This document shows, in pieces, positions 32,753-35,588 of a stretch of 35,588 bases of DNA. The stretch comes from a virus: positions 1 through 35,588 of IMG/VR virus record IMGVR_UViG_3300045933_000106, one strand, 5' to 3'. The position numbers were made by a program, and so were the translations under genes. Below the pieces are notes generated by a model. It was not told where the DNA came from. It saw only the letters and a program-made list of their open reading frames with translations, and did no database searches. The stretch's first letter is position 1; each line of letters starts with the position of its first letter.

Positions 32753-32974
32753 ATGCCTACCGCCAAGACCGCCCTCGAACTGATCGAGATCGCCGAAGCC
32801 TATGCGCTCAACAGTTCCGCTGCGGCCGCGTGCCTCGCCAGCGCGCGGATCTGCTTCATCGACCGCAACTACCGTAGCGCGGCCAATCGCGCGCTCGGCT
32901 CGCTGGAGAAGTCCGTCGGGATCTTCGACGCCCAGTACATCCGCGCCGCCGCGCTCGTGAAGGAGGCCGCGTGA
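32753..32974 (+). CDS. Hypothetical early protein (73 aa)
   Basis: GGGAGA SD before the ATG. It is the first gene behind the rightward promoter. Confidence 0.55.
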   Translation: MPTAKTALELIEIAEAYALNSSAAAACLASARICFIDRNYRSAANRALGSLEKSVGIFDAQYIRAAALVKEAA

Positions 32975-33084
32975 CCTCCTTCGACACGACTGCCTTCTTC
33001 GACCTCGCCGGCACCGTCGTCCAGGGCGGCTACGCGATCGCCATCCTCCTCGGCCTTCTCACGCTCGCAAGGCTCACGCGATGA
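32971..33084 (+). CDS. Tiny membrane protein (37 aa)
   Basis: AAGGAGG SD 4 nt before the GTG, which overlaps the upstream TGA. GGYAIAILLGLLTLA. The stop overlaps the next ATG. Confidence 0.45.
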   Translation: MTSFDTTAFFDLAGTVVQGGYAIAILLGLLTLARLTR

Positions 33085-33449
33085 ACCCGCAAGACGCACA
33101 CGAGGCCGCGCTCGAATTGCTCGCCCAGGTTCCTGCGAGCCGCTCGGACTCCGCGATCAAGCGTGCGCTGCGCCTGGCGTGGCTGCGCGGGTACACGGCG
33201 GCGCTGGAGGCCGATCGCAAGCTGCAGCGCGAGATCGGCAATCTGCCGGAATCTGACACTGCCTCCGACACGCCGCGCCAGCTCTCCTGCGGCTGCTGCA
33301 CCGGCATCGCCGTCGACGGTGACCCGATGCGACTCGACCAGTGCGTCTGCATGGTCCACCAGGACATTCCGCGCGGCAGGCCCTCGCGCTGCTGCGCATT
33401 CCACCGACCCTCACGCTCACAAGGAGCCGTTGACCATGCCAGAGACTAA
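33081..33449 (+). CDS. Cys-rich hypothetical protein (122 aa)
   Basis: LSCGCCTGIAVDG...CVCMVHQD...RCCAFH, possibly metal-binding. Confidence 0.45.
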   Translation: MNPQDAHEAALELLAQVPASRSDSAIKRALRLAWLRGYTAALEADRKLQREIGNLPESDTASDTPRQLSCGCCTGIAVDGDPMRLDQCVCMVHQDIPRGRPSRCCAFHRPSRSQGAVDHARD

Positions 33450-33711
33450 TCCTTCGCCCGCCCGCCTCGTGATCGCGATTCTCGATCGCGGCTGGGTATT
33501 CATCGGCCGCGCGACCGAGACGCCGGCGGCCGTCCAGCTCGAAAACGCCGACTGCGTCCGCCGATGGGGCACCACGAGAGGCATCGGCGAACTCGCGCTC
33601 GACGGCCCTCGCTCCGAAACCAAGCTCGATCCGGCAGGCACGGTGACCGTACCTCGCACGGCCGTGATCGCGCTCATCGACGCGAACGAATCGTCATGGC
33701 CGGGCCGATAA
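33436..33711 (+). CDS. Conserved-looking hypothetical protein (91 aa)
   Basis: AAGGAG SD. LVIAILDRGWVFIGR...VRRWGTTRGIGELALDGP motif. Confidence 0.55.
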   Translation: MPETNPSPARLVIAILDRGWVFIGRATETPAAVQLENADCVRRWGTTRGIGELALDGPRSETKLDPAGTVTVPRTAVIALIDANESSWPGR

Positions 33712-33962
33712 GTACGCTGCCTAAGGACGGCTTCGGCTACGGCTTCGGCTACGGCTACGGCGACGGCGACGGCTACGGCGACGGCTACGGCGACGGCTAC
33801 GGCTACGGCTTCGGCTACGGCTACGGCTTCGGCGACGGCTTCGGCTTCGGCTACGGCTTCGGCGACGGCGACGGCTACGGCTTCGGCGACGGCGACGGCT
33901 ACGGCGACGGCGACGGCGACGGCTACGGCGACGGCTACGGCTTTCCGGGGACTACATCGTGA
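33696..33962 (+). CDS. Gly-(Tyr/Phe/Asp) dipeptide-repeat protein (88 aa)
   Basis: MAGPISTLPK, then 73 residues in which every second residue is Gly and the others are only D, F or Y, then PGTTS. Start and stop both overlap neighbours. Confidence 0.6.
   Translation: MAGPISTLPKDGFGYGFGYGYGDGDGYGDGYGDGYGYGFGYGYGFGDGFGFGYGFGDGDGYGFGDGDGYGDGDGDGYGDGYGFPGTTS
33726..33944 (+). repeat. Hexanucleotide tandem array built only of GGCTAC, GGCTTC and GGCGAC units (about 36 units)
   Basis: Direct reading: only four codons (GGC, TAC, TTC, GAC) are used over 219 nt. Confidence 0.95.
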
Positions 33963-34141
33963 TCGACGAGACCGCAGTGCAGTTGTTCTGGATGGGCGCC
34001 ATCGTGCTCGGCTTCATCGTGCCGCTCATCGTGGGCGCGATCTACATCGAGTTGTTAGCGCCCAAGTCGCGCGCCTGGCTGCGCCGCGTCCGCGGCATCG
34101 AGGCCGGCAAGCGCGCGATGTCCACGCACAAAGGGAGCTGA
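33959..34141 (+). CDS. Small membrane protein (60 aa)
   Basis: GTG overlaps the upstream TGA. LFWMGAIVLGFIVPLIVGAIYI helix followed by a basic tail. Confidence 0.5.
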   Translation: MIDETAVQLFWMGAIVLGFIVPLIVGAIYIELLAPKSRAWLRRVRGIEAGKRAMSTHKGS

Positions 34142-34144
34142 GCC

Positions 34145-35588
34145 GTGAAGACGAAGAAGCGAGCCGGCGCAGCGTCGGCGGAGATGGCACCATCGACCCC
34201 GGCGCCATTGCTCGAGCCAGGTGTCGTCGCCGTCATCCTGACGGGCCATGTGCACCCCGATCCAGATCAGCCGCGACGGAGCTTCGACGAGAAGGCGCTC
34301 GAGTCGCTCGCAGACAACATCCGCGAGCGTGGCGTGCTGCAGCCCATTCTCGTCCGCCAGGACGGGGCGAGGCTCCTGATCGTCGACGGTGAGCGCCGCT
34401 GGCGCGCAGCGAAACGCGCCGAGCTGCCGATCGTCCCGGTGCTACTGACGCCTCCAGCCGAGAGCCAGCAGCTCCGCCTCGACCAGCTGAGCGTCAACGA
34501 ACTCCACGAACGCCTGAAGCCGATGGATCTCGCGCACGTCCTGCGAGGCCTGCGCGACGCCGGCAAGACGACGAATGACATCGCCGCGACACTCGCCAGG
34601 CAGGGCCACCCGGCGATGAAGCCTGCGGCCATCGATCAGCTCGCCAAACTCACCGATCTACCCGCCTGGACGCAGGAGCTCGTCAACGACGACCGGCTCG
34701 AGATCAAACACGCCGGCGAGCTGCTCGGGCTCCTCGAGCGGCCGGGACTCGAAAAGCATGTCCGCAAGTCGATCCAGCAGGCCTTGAGCTATGCCGGCCA
34801 GCTGCTCGGCCACAACGTCCGGCACGCCGGCGACCAGGCGCTCGCGGCGGCCGGCGGCATCGACCTCGACAACATCGAATCGTGGCACTCCGAGCCGCGG
34901 GTGCACTTCGCGTGGAAGACCCGCTGCAAGGGCTGCGAGCACCTGCAGCGCTGGGCCGAAGGCGCGTTCTGCATGAGCAAGAAGCGCTTCGAGGAGCACA
35001 ACCAGGAGGCTAAGGACGCCGGCCTGCTCCCGGGCGGCAGACTCCCCGAGAAACCGAAGCAGGCAAATGGCAAGGCGGCTGAAAAGGCCGCCAACGAGAA
35101 GTGCGAACAGCGCGAGGCCTCGCTCGGCGAGAAGGCTCGCGCCTACCTCCACGCCTACCTGTGCGTGGCGCTCGTCCAGGAGCTGCCGAGACGCGATTCG
35201 CTGCAGATCGCGCTTTCGATCTGGCGCGCATTGAAGTCTCCGGGCAGCAACGGCTCGCGAGGCGCCTCGGCCGTCGACGCCGCGATCCCGGCGAGCTACC
35301 GCTCGATCGAACAGATCACCGGAGAACTGTCGGTCGACCAGCTGCAGAAGGCCGCGTTCGATGCGGCACTCAACGTCATCAACGAACTGCCATGGCGCGA
35401 GGTGCACGCGCTGTCGCGCCAGCTGTGGGGCGATGACCTGCACCTGGTCTGGAACCCGGAGGAACCGTTCCTCGACTTGATGCGCAAGGCCGAGCTTGCC
35501 CACCTCGCGCAGGTCCACAAGATCGATCTGCCCGAAGGCCGCAGGTCTTGGGACGCGCTCAAAGGGGCAGAGATCAAGGCGGCGTTCA
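34145..35588 (+). CDS. ParB/Srx-like N-terminal domain protein (about 522 aa in total; continues at 122-246 through the circular junction)
   Basis: Not in the ORF track because it is open at the window end. Hand translation gives HPDPDQPRRSFDEKALESLADNIRERGVLQPILVRQDGARLLIVDGERRWRAAKRAELP, which is the ParB box (DGERRWRAA). Start is GTG 34145 or ATG 34184. Confidence 0.8.
   Translation, partial: MKTKKRAGAASAEMAPSTPAPLLEPGVVAVILTGHVHPDPDQPRRSFDEKALESLADNIRERGVLQPILVRQDGARLLIVDGERRWRAAKRAELPIVPVLLTPPAESQQLRLDQLSVNELHERLKPMDLAHVLRGLRDAGKTTNDIAATLARQGHPAMKPAAIDQLAKLTDLPAWTQELVNDDRLEIKHAGELLGLLERPGLEKHVRKSIQQALSYAGQLLGHNVRHAGDQALAAAGGIDLDNIESWHSEPRVHFAWKTRCKGCEHLQRWAEGAFCMSKKRFEEHNQEAKDAGLLPGGRLPEKPKQANGKAAEKAANEKCEQREASLGEKARAYLHAYLCVALVQELPRRDSLQIALSIWRALKSPGSNGSRGASAVDAAIPASYRSIEQITGELSVDQLQKAAFDAALNVINELPWREVHALSRQLWGDDLHLVWNPEEPFLDLMRKAELAHLAQVHKIDLPEGRRSWDALKGAEIKAAF
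35468..35588. repeat. Terminal direct overlap, copy 2 (identical to 1-121)
   Basis: Exact identity over 121 nt. Confidence 0.95.

Noticed and set aside
33726-33944. Possible CRISPR array or noncoding microsatellite.
   Set aside because: The units are 6 nt with no spacers. The array is perfectly in frame within an ORF that has a coupled start and stop, so it was treated as a coding repeat.
34658-35518. A 286-aa minus-strand ORF, plus 34267-34632 on the minus strand.
   Set aside because: Both are antisense to the ParB-like gene, whose plus-strand frame contains the unmistakable DGERRWRAA ParB box. The minus-strand products are Leu/Arg/Ala-rich noise.

Overview
The window appears to be a complete, circularly closed genome of a temperate, lambda-like siphovirus from a GC-rich (probably proteobacterial) host. 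The first 121 nt (1-121) are identical to the last 121 nt (35468-35588), so the unique length is 35,467 bp, and one gene (ParB-like) runs across the junction.

Layout:
- Immunity region (31.4-32.7 kb): divergent cro-like (-) and cI-like (+) genes. It is bracketed by two near-identical promoter/operator cassettes.
- Leftward early operon (minus strand, 31.6 to 26.9 kb): cro, an RHH-like protein, a wHTH protein, an HNH-SF2 helicase fusion, and a replication-initiator-like gene carrying internal iterons. It ends with a Q-like antiterminator.
- Late operon (minus strand, 26.9 to 4.3 kb), behind an AT-rich sigma70-like promoter: three unassigned genes including an Ig/FN3 lipoprotein, then TerS, TerL (GpA type), a gpW-like protein, a lambda-family portal and a prohead protease-major capsid fusion. 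Connector genes follow, interrupted by a DUF115/sialyltransferase-like gene. Then come the major tail protein, the G/GT chaperone pair with a T7 slippery site, the tape measure, five tail-tip proteins including a 1399-aa host-specificity protein, and a small lipoprotein.
- Rightward early operon (plus strand, 32.7 kb across the junction to 4.1 kb): small accessory genes including an extraordinary Gly-(Tyr/Phe/Asp) dipeptide-repeat protein, then the ParB-like protein, an HNH_3-like protein, RecT, a DUF4224 excisionase-like protein, a tyrosine integrase and a putative attP.

No holin, endolysin or i-spanin is recognisable. All functional calls come from motif recognition by eye, since no database search was possible. 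Most long ORFs antisense to these genes are Arg/Ala/Pro/Gly-rich shadows typical of high-GC DNA and were ignored.
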